Positions 10,579 to 21,052 of a DNA stretch of 64,000 nt are shown in pieces. Each line of letters starts with the position of its first letter. The first letter of the stretch is position 1. A program made the position numbers and the translations under genes. Origin of the DNA: Monocercomonoides exilis PA203 (Eukaryota; Protista; Preaxostyla); contig LSRY02000002.1 in the NCBI GenBank assembly GCA_001643675.2, forward strand, positions 2,294,001 through 2,358,000, read 5' to 3'. The notes below the pieces were generated by a model. That model saw only the letters and a list, made by a program, of their open reading frames with translations. It had not been told where the DNA came from and ran no database searches.

Positions 10579-12444
10579 CTAAGGTTTTGATGAAAGTTCA
10601 GACTATAAATATTTGAAAAATTAATTCTTTTTTTTTTAAAAACATTTCTTGATAAGAAAAAAACATTCTTTCATAAAAAATATTTCATGTGGGGTCAGCT
10701 TTGATCTTTTAATTTGAGCCTTTCTTTTCACACCACTCTCTTTTGTTTTTTATATCTAATTTACAAACCGTTGAAATTGAAAAAACAATATTTGTTAAGA
10801 TATTCTTTTGTCTTTATTGTTCAAATTGTTAAAAAAAAAGTGAAAATAAAAAAAGATAAAGCAAAAGCCAAGAAAATAAAGATCTTTTTAAAACGTTTAA
10901 AAAAAATCGATGTTGTTGATTTCAATACATAAAGCATTAAAAGGTTAAGCGCATAATCAACTGTGTAAAATAGAGGATGTGCTCTACTGACAATGTGCTG
11001 TCTTTGAACAGTATTTATCAAAACTTAAGAAAATGAAACAGATAAATAAAAATAAAGAATAATACCGCACAAAAATAGAATGTTTTGAACTTAATGCCTT
11101 CGCCACAGAAAGAACGAAAAGTTTTTGTTTTTAAGGAAATTTTCAAATCAAATTATGGTTTTTGTCCCATAAAATATATATTTACCAAATTATTTCATTT
11201 ATATTTCATTTCAGTGTTTTCAATAATATCTCTTCTTGGAACAATTATTAAACAATTAATAATAAATTCAATGTTACGTTCTGATATTCGAGAATGAGCA
11301 AAAATGTTTGATTTTATTCTTTGCATTATGAATGTTAAAAATTTTTTTATTCTGAACATGAACAGAACATACGCAATAGTGAGATGATCAACAGTCATTC
11401 GAAAATAAGATCTGAAACTTAAAAAAATGAAATGACTTGAAAATTACGAAATAATTATTCGATAAATGAAAATTCCTTGCAATGCAATAATAAAATCAAA
11501 TTTGCTATTAGTTCTCTTTGTATCGAATTGAAGCATCTGTAAATCAATCCACATGATAAAAAGAACGAATGGTGTGACTTTTCATTTATTTTTTTTAATA
11601 ATTGAATGAAAAAATACTTTTATTTCAGCTTTTCTTATGATAATAGTTGTATTTTGGTTTGTCTTTCTTCGATATATGTGTGTTCTCTTATTCTCGTTTT
11701 TTTATTCTCATTATATAGATGGCAAACATTGGTTAACTTATGACCATATGAAACTCTATTCACATTAGATCATGAAATGAATGATTTCTTCTAAAGTTTT
11801 TCCATGGATAAAACACACAATCATCACTATTGTTTCAAATACGATTAAACCAAAGTGACATTTGCACTATTCTGGGGGAGATAATTATGTGGATATGAGA
11901 AAGGCCAACACATGAAAAATATTACAAGTATCAGATAAGTTTATTCAATAAAAATCAAATAATAAATTTACTGATTTGCTTTGGAAGTGTTCAAGGATTG
12001 TTCTGTATGCAAAATAAACTATTCAGTAGCAATCAGATCGGACAATTGTCTCATATACATTACTTTTTTCGTTTCATGAAAAGCAGCTCATATGAATTTC
12101 ATAATCAACAAATACAGTCATTAAATGAATGAACATTTTCGAAATTGTCTATTATATATTAAGTAACAAAAATGTTCACAACAAATAACTGAATGCGAAA
12201 TTTGTTGGTTCACATTATAACAATATGGTTTGTTTGTAATTTCAAAATCGTTTTCAATTTCGTTTTTCAAAGTTTTTTTAAGGTGCTTTATGTTTTATTT
12301 TTTGTAATTGATTGTGTTATTTAAAAGCTGTATTATAATAATTATCGATGAAATGAAAACTTTGTGAATTGATTCTAAAAAAATAATTGTTCAATCATTC
12401 TATTTTTGTTTATAATATTGTGTTGTTCTCAAATTCTTTTCTTT

Positions 12445-14960
12445 TCATAGTTTTTCGATATCATCATCCTCATCAAAGTCTGGATGCACAACGTACTCTT
12501 GTAAATATTTGCTTGTCATGGTTTTTATTGACCGAGTGGAGTATATCTTTGGTATGAAATGAGTTTTTGTTGTTTCACTAATATCTTCATTTGAATCTTC
12601 CGTATTATCCAAATTTTCATAATCTTGTTCGCTATCATTTCTTAATCTCTTTTTCTTAATTTTCTCATTTTTTGAATGTGTTCGTGTTTTTTTTGAAGTT
12701 TGTGACGAAGATATGCTGCTGGAGGAAAAATCTGATTCAGAACAGTTGCATTCAGATTGACTTTCTTCTGAACTGCTTGACGATTGTTCAGAAGCATGGA
12801 CGCTTTTATGTTTCAATTTGGGAAATAGCTGCACACCCAAAATGTTATCTTCTCCCTCCTGAGAATCTGAAGGTTCAGTCTCTTCTTCTGAGGAATGAAC
12901 TTCGCAAATTGCTCTAATCTGTTCTGGAGATTGCTCCATCTTTTCAAGTGAATCTTCCGAAGAAACGTACTTTGGAATTTTCTTTGTTTGCTCTAAATCT
13001 GAACAATTGTCACATCCGCCAGAATTAATGAATTTTGTTTGTTTTTGTCGTTTTTTTTCATTTGTTAACAATTCCTTTTCTTTCTCATGCAACTCCCAAT
13101 CTGTCAGAAACTCAGGGTCTGTGATACATTTGCCAGAAATGGACCAACGGCTTGTGTTTCTTGCAGGCTTCACTTCCGGAGGAAGAGAATCAAGAGTTTG
13201 ATCCACAACATGTGCAATTGAGGATGAGGTGATGCCAGCCTCGAAAAAGCCATGTCTGATTGTTTTCGGTGCCAAAGCGTAATAAACACAATCTGCGATT
13301 GCTCTTACGAAAGGCATGAATTCATTTTTCATTTTTTTAATTGAAGGCTCATTTTTAACTTTTTTTAAGTTGGCTTTTTAGTACTGCGTTTGGTCCGAGG
13401 TCCAAGGGTTGCAAAATGTGCGACGTATGTGCAGGAATAACAACCACATCCACATTTTCAGATGCAAATTGCAACCACAGTTGAAGATTCTGCCTTGATG
13501 AATGACCGTCCAAGATGATAAGAGCAGGTGGAATGGGTTCGTTCTCCTCATCGCAGTTTGTCTTATCACTTTTATTGCTATTAAACTCTTTTTGTTGAAT
13601 CCTTTCCGTTTCAGCTTCTTCTTTTAACCACCAATTGATTTCGTCGCAATTATCTTCATTTATCAATAAGCGAGAAGAACAAGAAGCGTCTTCCTCGAAA
13701 GAAGAAACAAAACCAACACAAGAATTATAAGTTTGATCATCAACATCCGTTTGTTGTTCAGCAGAAGGCAAAGTGTGTTGCATATGAGAGTTTAAGTTGT
13801 CTGAAGAAACTTGTTGAAATTGAAGCGATACTCTTTGAGAAGAAATTTCACTGTTTGCTGCTTTTGAATTCACTAATTCTGAAATTGGATCTCCATCATC
13901 AGAAGAGACGCTTGCTGTTTTCGCTGTTTCTGAGATGTGTGAATCTGTAAAGAATTCGCGATCATCTGAATGTCTGTTAACACGTGAAGTGATTTGCGCT
14001 GATTCTGAAATTGCATTTTCTTCATTTTGAATCTCTTCATGGCTTTGCATTTTCATTATTGATTGAAATGATAAACTGCTCTCTGTTTTTCCTTTTTTGA
14101 TTTTCTTTTTCATCTTTTCTTGAAAATATCGTTTTATTCGAATCACATTTTGTCGTTGCTTTTGAATATTTGGCAGCACATTTTTCATCATTATTTCTTC
14201 AAATAAATTTTTTGTCATCCATCCTTTATTTGACGTGTGCAATATAAAATTTTCATCACTCCACTGTTCTTTTATTTCTTTTTCAAATTTGTTGGGTAAT
14301 AGAAGATGTGAAGGAAGATGGCATCCATCTGCCCTTACAATAAAAAGAAGAGTCAAATGATGAAGCGGAGGAATTTTCAAAGAAGGAACGAATTTGCATT
14401 TGCTCGAGACAACCCTTTTATTTTCTCTTTTGTCAGAAGATTGGCAACTTGTTTCATCCAATTGAAAGATCAATGAAGGATGATATTTTTTCTGTTTCAT
14501 CAAGTTACGCAAGCGCGATAAAAAAGACAAAACATTACTTTTCAATGAGGCCCTTATACGTGCATGATCAAGCTTAATTGGATGTATTGTTCTAAGTTGT
14601 TTGTGTCTAGAAAGAAAACCATATACCCAACGCATGCTGGGCATTTCGATATAAACAGCAGATTTTTCAGAACGTTGTTTTCTAATTCTCCAAGCCTAAG
14701 TTTTTATAAATTAGCTGGAAAGAATAAAGAAATCAAACTATTCTCGGGATGTCTTTCAATGTTGGTTGAGTCGAAACATCATCCCAATTCAAAAGGATTT
14801 CTTCTAGCCTATCTTCTTCTTCCTCCGACAAATATCTTGGCCTGCCGTTTTTCCCTGCAATTTCTCCTTTTGAAATCATTCGAAGTGCCCTTTGTTGACA
14901 ATAATAGCTATTTCGTTCAGATTTATTGATGACAATTTTTTCTTTTTTCATATCATCCAT
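12445..14960 (-). pseudogene. pogo-family transposase (CENP-B-type HTH + DDE_1), one intron and one +1 frameshift; ~823 aa if repaired
   Basis: Exon 1 (14960..14739) has GRPRYLSEEEEDRL. A 43-nt intron (14738..14696; GTTTGA...CTAAT...TAG) precedes PSMRWVYGFLSRH, FQLDET, GWMT, ILDGHSSR and HTSHILQPLD, with 35 residues between the last two Asp. Deleting one base of the T7 run at 13360..13366 fuses ORF 13355..14644 to ORF 12445..13332 (TIRHGFFEAGI motif). Confidence 0.85.
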
Positions 14961-15147
14961 TTATGAAAGTTGAATAATGTTCCAAAATATTGTTTTTCGA
15001 TAAATATTATTTAATGATATGGGAAAAACAACCATAACAGAATTAAAAAATATAAAAAAAACTATTTTAAAATCTATATTCAATTGTTAATAACTTTTGA
15101 TATGAAATATTTGTTTTAAAGAAACTTTCCTTTCATTTGAACTGAAT

Positions 15148-15188
15148 TGTGCGGGTTTGTGCAAATGTGCGGGTTTATGCGCACACCA
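15148..15188 (-). repeat. Right terminal inverted repeat of the transposon
   Basis: Reverse complement reads TGGTGTGC-GCATAAACCCGCACA-TTT-GCACAAACCCGCACA. It lies ~190 bp upstream of the transposase ATG. Confidence 0.85.
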
Positions 15189-16602
15189 TAAAAACTATAC
15201 AGAAATATTATTCATTGAATCTTCAGTGACTCATAATTTTGACAATATAAGATAATTGAGATGAATTCATTTTTTAATTTTCCATTCAGAACGGAATCAT
15301 TTTTCTGTGCAAATTCACAAACATTCAAAACATTATTACAAATCGAAATTTTGGATGAAGATATACAATTACAACAATATTCACCATTTTTTCTTTAAAT
15401 CATATTTCAAAGACTTCATGAAATAACTTGATAATTCTCATTGAAATATTGTTATCGTCCTTTTTGAAAGTTTCAAAGGAATTGCATTAAGTAATTTCAA
15501 ACAATATAATTTCACCAGGTGACATATCAATTATCAAAAGTTGTCTGCACTTTTGAGTGTCAATACGGGGGAAAATATGGTCTTTCAAGCTTTTTTTGCA
15601 CAAGGCACTGAAAAATTGCTTCACTCATAACTTTATTTCCCTTTCTTAGATTTTAAACCGAATCAGATTTTCATATCAATTTAAAAGTTTCAGTATCGTC
15701 ATTACATTTTGTTTTGTGACATCATACGTATTTCGTAAAATGAACATTGGGTTATTATTTTTGGAATCATTACTTTTTTCGGAGTGTTTTTTTTTTTTTA
15801 TTTTTTTGAAAACTCAATTTCATTTGCTAAATAATTAACAATCAAATGTCAAATGTTTATCAATCGTTTTTTTTAACCGGTTGTGGATGCAAATATTTGG
15901 AAAAGATATTTTTTGGTTTGAGTTATCTCATATCTGAGTTTTTAAACAAAAATTCGAAACGAAATTATCTAACCGAATTTTTAATTCCAAAAAATATGAT
16001 TTCAAAAAAAATCACCCACATTTATTTTATATTTTTTGATCACAATAAGTTAATTCACAATGCATAATTTTTCAATGAAAATGCTTGAAGAAAATTATTT
16101 TCCCCCGTTTATTGATTTTTAAACAACGCTTTCAAATTTGATATTTTTCATTTATAAAAATAAACTTATTTATGCAAGTTTCAAAAAATGTCTATAAATC
16201 AATATAAACTTGTTTTTGTTTGAATTTCAGGTGAAATTGAAGACCTTTTATTAACATCAAGTATTTAATTTAACTCGCTAAAATTCACATATCCGGTTAT
16301 TAAAACATTTTCAAGCAGTCGTTTTCTGGTTGGTGAATTTTTGTGAGAAAGATTGAAAACAAGATGAAAATATTCGATTTTCATTTTCATTTTAATATTA
16401 CACAAAAGAAGTTTTTCAAAAAAAAAAGAAAGACAAAATGACAAAACGTCACAAATGAGTTAATATTTCGAAAATAATTACTGGGTAAATTTCTTGAATT
16501 AACAAACATCTCATTTTTTACAAAAAGACAACTTAGCAAACTTCATTTGTTTTTGAAAATCCCATATATTAAAAAAAAAGTTATATTTTTCTTTATATTT
16601 AT

Positions 16603-16857
16603 AAGAGACATGGTATGTCAGCTACAGATCCATCTAAATTAAGAACAATCAAATATTTCGATTTTAGTGTATCTGAAGGTTGTTATTGTCTTGTTTAATA
16701 AGTTGGAATAGGCAATGATAATAAGATAAAGATCGATGATTATTGCTGATATTCTTAGGGGTTCATCATGATTAGATTTTCAGTGATGTTCAATAAGGAA
16801 GGAGTAATTGGTTTATTTTTATTGAGATAGATCTACATCAGACATACCATATCTCTT
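16603..16857. repeat. 255-bp fold-back element with imperfect inverted arms of ~55-70 bp (old MITE or structured RNA)
   Basis: Left arm AAGAGACATGGTATGTCAGCTACAGATCCATCT versus reverse complement of right arm AAGAGATATGGTATGTCTGATGTAGATCTATCT: 27/33 identical without gaps, with weaker similarity continuing inward. Confidence 0.7.
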
Positions 16858-17564
16858 TTATAAAACAAAAATTACAGACATTTGTTTTGTTCAAATTTTG
16901 GAGAAACTTGAAGTTGCTTATTCCTTCTTTTATGCAAAAGAAATTTTTCTTATTTCATTAGCTTTTCATTTTTCAATTTTGATAATTTTCTTTATGTTTT
17001 TTTGTGTGTAATAGATAGGTTAACATCAAAATATTGACAAAAATTTTGTCATTCTGCTCCTCATGCAAAAATCTGTATTGAGAATTATTCTTTTCTGAAA
17101 AAAGCCAAAAATGTTTTCCATAAAAAATATTGTTAAAAATTATTTTTTATTTCTTAAAATAGATCGATGAAAATGAAGTTCAAATTGAGAAAACATAATG
17201 TTGTTGCATAAAAATTTCATTTTCATTGAAAAGGAGTTAATAAGAATTGATTGCTGTATTTTTTAAAAAATATTTTGATTATTATATCAAACAGAAGCAT
17301 TATTATATCAACTGCAATAATAATGTTTATTTTAATACAACGAATTATCTCCAATAAAAATTATTCAATTGGATAATTCAGACATCTTTCAAATCATGAA
17401 AAAAAAATATTTTGATTAAGAAATATTAATATTCTAAATAATAAGCTTATTTCGTAAATGATAAGCGACCCTTAGAAATTTGCATAATAATAATAATACA
17501 TACAATATTCATTCAGATTAATAATTGCCCTGAAGAATTTGAAGAATTATCCCATAATAAAGAT

Positions 17565-20500
17565 ATGGAATCAACAGCATTTTTTAATTTATATTTCCCG
17601 GAATCAAGGATTCATAAAAATTCATTAGATGCTGTTATTTGCACAATTAATTATTATATAAAATTTCTTACAACGAAGCATGTTTGGACAATGGATCATC
17701 TTATCATTATTCCAAATAATTATCAAAAATTACAATATGAGCAATTACTGAGCAATTATACTGAAGAACTCGATTCTAAACACAAAAACCATGAACTTTC
17801 CAATGAATATTTTTGCGAAAAATATCTATGTGCACGTGGATTACTAAGATTTGGAGAAAATATTGAAGATGAATGGCTTTTAGTTGCACTATTGCTGCAC
17901 ATTACTGAAAAATGCAGATCAATAATTGGTACAATTGAAGATGATGATGGTCAGTTCTTATTAATAGAAGGGGCTGAATTTTTACCACGTTGGCTAAAGC
18001 CAAAAAATTGTAAAAATAGAGTATTTATTAAATCAGGAGAAATACATATAATTCCTCTTCCATCTTCTCCATCGGAAATTTCATTAATCCCCCCCAAACC
18101 AACGCTTCGACAATCGTTAACAATTTTATCGACTGGACTTGTTGATACTCGAGGATCAGATGAAATTCAAAATTCCATAAAAACAAGGATCTCAACGTAC
18201 TTGCAACAAACTAAAACTGAAGTACCTTTAAAGTATTTGATACCTTCTTTGAATCTTCCTCCAACGCTATATCACACATCCCTTGTTGTTGTTCCTCTAC
18301 CAATTGCTGTTCTCCTCAAAAAACATCCTTCGATTATTTCTCCAATTATTCGTTCATTTATTGAAAATTCTTCTCCATCTCCATCTTCATTTTACAATTT
18401 GACTCCACTTTCTTCAATCGGTTCATCCAAAAGAAAATTGATTCATCCAGACCTTTCAACACAAAACTCATTTCCCAGAGTTGCAGTAAATATCAAATTT
18501 AACCGTGCTTTATTTGCACATATGCAATTTATTCCTTTTGTTGCTGATAAACATTACACTCTCCCCGAAAAAGACGACTTCATTATATTCAGTCATTGTG
18601 CAGAAAATGATGAGACTGACAAGAAATGGGAATGGAGGATGGTCTCATTAGATGAAAAAAACGAAAATGATACATTCAGTGCAAAAATTGAAGCATCATT
18701 CAAACAGGATTTAGTGCAAGAAAAGAAGAGTGAAAGTGTTAAAGTAGGAAAAGAAAAAGAAATCGTTGGAGACGAAATCAGATGCTCCCTTTTGCATGCA
18801 ACTCAACTCGGAATGAAGATTGCTTTGGGAGTGGAAGAATTGAAAAGAGATTTCTTAAATCGAAAGGAAGACAATTTTCAAGCAGATAAATCAAAAAATA
18901 CGACAATTTCAGAAATAAATAAAGCAAACAATGAAGATAACGCAAATGGATCACTTTCTGCTTTCTATAAATCTCTGGACGATTTGGAGTTCTTTCAAAT
19001 TGAGAGCGGAAAATCAAACAAAGAGAAGAATACAAAGGAGGAAGAAGGCGAGGAAGATAATTCCATTGAAGGAGAAGAAGAAACAGCAGGGGATTTAAAT
19101 CTCGTACGACCTCTCATTTATTCACTGAATGCACAAGCATCATTTCCATCACAAAAATCTTCTTCTTCTCTTTCGCGTAATAATTTCTCAATATTTTCAT
19201 CTAAAGAAGATTGCAACGATTTTCTTGCTACCAAAGGCGAATTGAGTAATTCTTTGAGTTCGGCTGATGAAATGAAGCAAAGACGCCTGTTTGCCCATTC
19301 ATATTATCTCTTAACTTCGTCAGAGACAAATTCGAAAACACAAAAAGACAAGCAAATGAAGGAGTCACAAAAGAAACTTGATGAAGAAAGCGAGAGCCAT
19401 CTTCAGAAAGACACAAAAACTCCAACTGATTCTGGTTCTGATACAAAGTCATGTGACAGCTTTTCTAATATTTCTGGAACGGATGTCTTTAATCCAGAAA
19501 TGAAAATGTTCAACTTGATGAACAATTCTGAGCAGATGTTTATTAAACATTGTCTGAATGATTTGTCACTAATAGAAAATGATGTTTCTCTGAAAATGGA
19601 AAGACAACAAGAAAGTTCATCTTCACAAGAAATTCAACCAAAAACAGATGAAACAGAAGAACCGACAAGCACAAAAGTGCCATCAACATACTTATTCAAT
19701 TTACCACATCCATTAGACACATCTACTCGATTACTATCTGATTATTGCAATAACACTTCACTTGATGCTTCTTTGTTGGTTCCCGATGAAAGCGAGCAAT
19801 GGCTTTGGATGGATGAAGATGAATGGGATGCCCTTGTTGCTCAGAAAGTGGGCACAAAAAACGCATCCAAAAATTCAGAAATAAAAGAAAATAAAATTAG
19901 AAAAAGTGAAATGGAAAACATTTCCAAAGAGCATAATACAACAAAACAAGAAGAAATCTACCAAAAAACAGCTGCCACAACCAGTCAAATGGATGAAGGC
20001 AGTGAGATTATACAATCAGTGAAGGAATTTTTGGATCAGAAATCTTCATACAAAGGAGTGGAATCCACAAAAAGAAATGCTGCTGGAAAAATTCAAACAG
20101 AAGTGAAACAATCTCTTTCGTCATCTGCATCCTCAACTAAAAATTCAAAAATTATTGGAATAGACAGCAAACTTAATTCCAAAAAGAAAAACGAAAGAGT
20201 CGGTGTTGAACCAGCTCTTCATGTTGTGTTTACTGAGAAAGAAAGAGAAGACGTTAGGCGCTGGCTGATGGATGAAGGCGGCACAAGCGGAGATGAAGAA
20301 AATATGCGAAGAAATTCCACAGAAAAGAAAGGAGGATCGAAAAAGAAGGACTCCAAAGTTGTTGGCACAAAGGAACTTGAACAGATGATGATGTCATTTC
20401 TACACGACGAAGATGGAATGGACGAGTGGATGGCCTCACAAAAGCAGAAATTCACTCAAACAGAAGAAGGTGATAAGGGCAAACCAACAAAAGATGATAG

Positions 20501-20936
20501 CTTTTTGGATGGAGAGAATAGCGATGGTGAAGATGAAGAAGAGAACGAGCAAGAAAAGGATGAGGACGAAGAAGAGGAAAGCGATGTTGTTGTTGATGAT
20601 GATGAAAGTGAAAGTGAAAGTGAAGACGAAGAAGATGCACAGAAAATACATCAGCGCCTGAAAAAGTTGATGATGATGATGGATGAAGAATTAGATACCC
20701 ATAAACAGTTGAGCAATGACTTTGTTATGGACGACGAAGACTTTGACGAAGATATTTCAGATGAAGAAAAGAAGATGAATGAAAAGAAAGTTGATGAATC
20801 ACTGAATTTATTAAATAATTTTTCAAAATCCGCAGAATTTCAAGGAGGTGATTCAGGACCTGTTACAAATATGCTTGGGATGCTCGGAATAAAAATGAAA
20901 CCAGAAAAAGTTTTAGTTTCAAACGATTTAATTTAA
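17565..20936 (+). CDS. ECD: Ecdysoneless/SGT1 (ECD) family protein, 1123 aa, intronless
   Basis: N-terminal signature FGENIEDEWLLVALL...DDDGQFLLIEGAEFLPRWLKP...NRVFIKSGEIHIIP; GMKIALGVE; PDESEQWL; LMMMMDEEL; C-terminal NLLNNFSKSAEFQGGDSGPVTNMLGMLG. Confidence 0.9.
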   Translation: MESTAFFNLYFPESRIHKNSLDAVICTINYYIKFLTTKHVWTMDHLIIIPNNYQKLQYEQLLSNYTEELDSKHKNHELSNEYFCEKYLCARGLLRFGENIEDEWLLVALLLHITEKCRSIIGTIEDDDGQFLLIEGAEFLPRWLKPKNCKNRVFIKSGEIHIIPLPSSPSEISLIPPKPTLRQSLTILSTGLVDTRGSDEIQNSIKTRISTYLQQTKTEVPLKYLIPSLNLPPTLYHTSLVVVPLPIAVLLKKHPSIISPIIRSFIENSSPSPSSFYNLTPLSSIGSSKRKLIHPDLSTQNSFPRVAVNIKFNRALFAHMQFIPFVADKHYTLPEKDDFIIFSHCAENDETDKKWEWRMVSLDEKNENDTFSAKIEASFKQDLVQEKKSESVKVGKEKEIVGDEIRCSLLHATQLGMKIALGVEELKRDFLNRKEDNFQADKSKNTTISEINKANNEDNANGSLSAFYKSLDDLEFFQIESGKSNKEKNTKEEEGEEDNSIEGEEETAGDLNLVRPLIYSLNAQASFPSQKSSSSLSRNNFSIFSSKEDCNDFLATKGELSNSLSSADEMKQRRLFAHSYYLLTSSETNSKTQKDKQMKESQKKLDEESESHLQKDTKTPTDSGSDTKSCDSFSNISGTDVFNPEMKMFNLMNNSEQMFIKHCLNDLSLIENDVSLKMERQQESSSSQEIQPKTDETEEPTSTKVPSTYLFNLPHPLDTSTRLLSDYCNNTSLDASLLVPDESEQWLWMDEDEWDALVAQKVGTKNASKNSEIKENKIRKSEMENISKEHNTTKQEEIYQKTAATTSQMDEGSEIIQSVKEFLDQKSSYKGVESTKRNAAGKIQTEVKQSLSSSASSTKNSKIIGIDSKLNSKKKNERVGVEPALHVVFTEKEREDVRRWLMDEGGTSGDEENMRRNSTEKKGGSKKKDSKVVGTKELEQMMMSFLHDEDGMDEWMASQKQKFTQTEEGDKGKPTKDDSFLDGENSDGEDEEENEQEKDEDEEEESDVVVDDDESESESEDEEDAQKIHQRLKKLMMMMDEELDTHKQLSNDFVMDDEDFDEDISDEEKKMNEKKVDESLNLLNNFSKSAEFQGGDSGPVTNMLGMLGIKMKPEKVLVSNDLI

Positions 20937-21052
20937 ATTTATAATTATTTATTTAGTATATTATCTTTGTTTTTTTTCCCCCACAAAAATAGATTGATCG
21001 AATATTCCCATAAAAGAGGTATTTTTATTGAAGAACCTTTTAAAATATAAGA

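Larger units (their letters stand above)
10538..15190 (-). mobile_element. pogo/Fot1-like (IS630-Tc1-mariner superfamily, DD35D) DNA transposon, ~4.65 kb, probably defective
   Basis: Inverted repeat cores at 10550..10578 and 15148..15176 match at 28/29 positions. TA dinucleotides lie just outside both ends (10538-9 and 15189-90). The element encloses a transposase gene. Exact termini are uncertain because the outer ~12 bp are imperfect. Confidence 0.85.

Noticed and set aside
13355-13357. TAA read as Gln (alternative code known in some oxymonads) to rescue the transposase
   Set aside because: The downstream part is in another frame. TAA/TAG end conserved genes at expected positions and never occur in-frame in the 24-kb ORF.
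16615-16698. 27-codon ORF (MSATDPSKLRT...) in the left arm of the fold-back
   Set aside because: Too short, and the corresponding frame in the other arm stops after 8 codons.
17035-17311. 17-bp palindrome TGACAAAAATTTTGTCA and a 13-bp direct repeat ATTATTATATCAA upstream of ECD
   Set aside because: Short and very AT-rich; expected by chance at this composition without further support.
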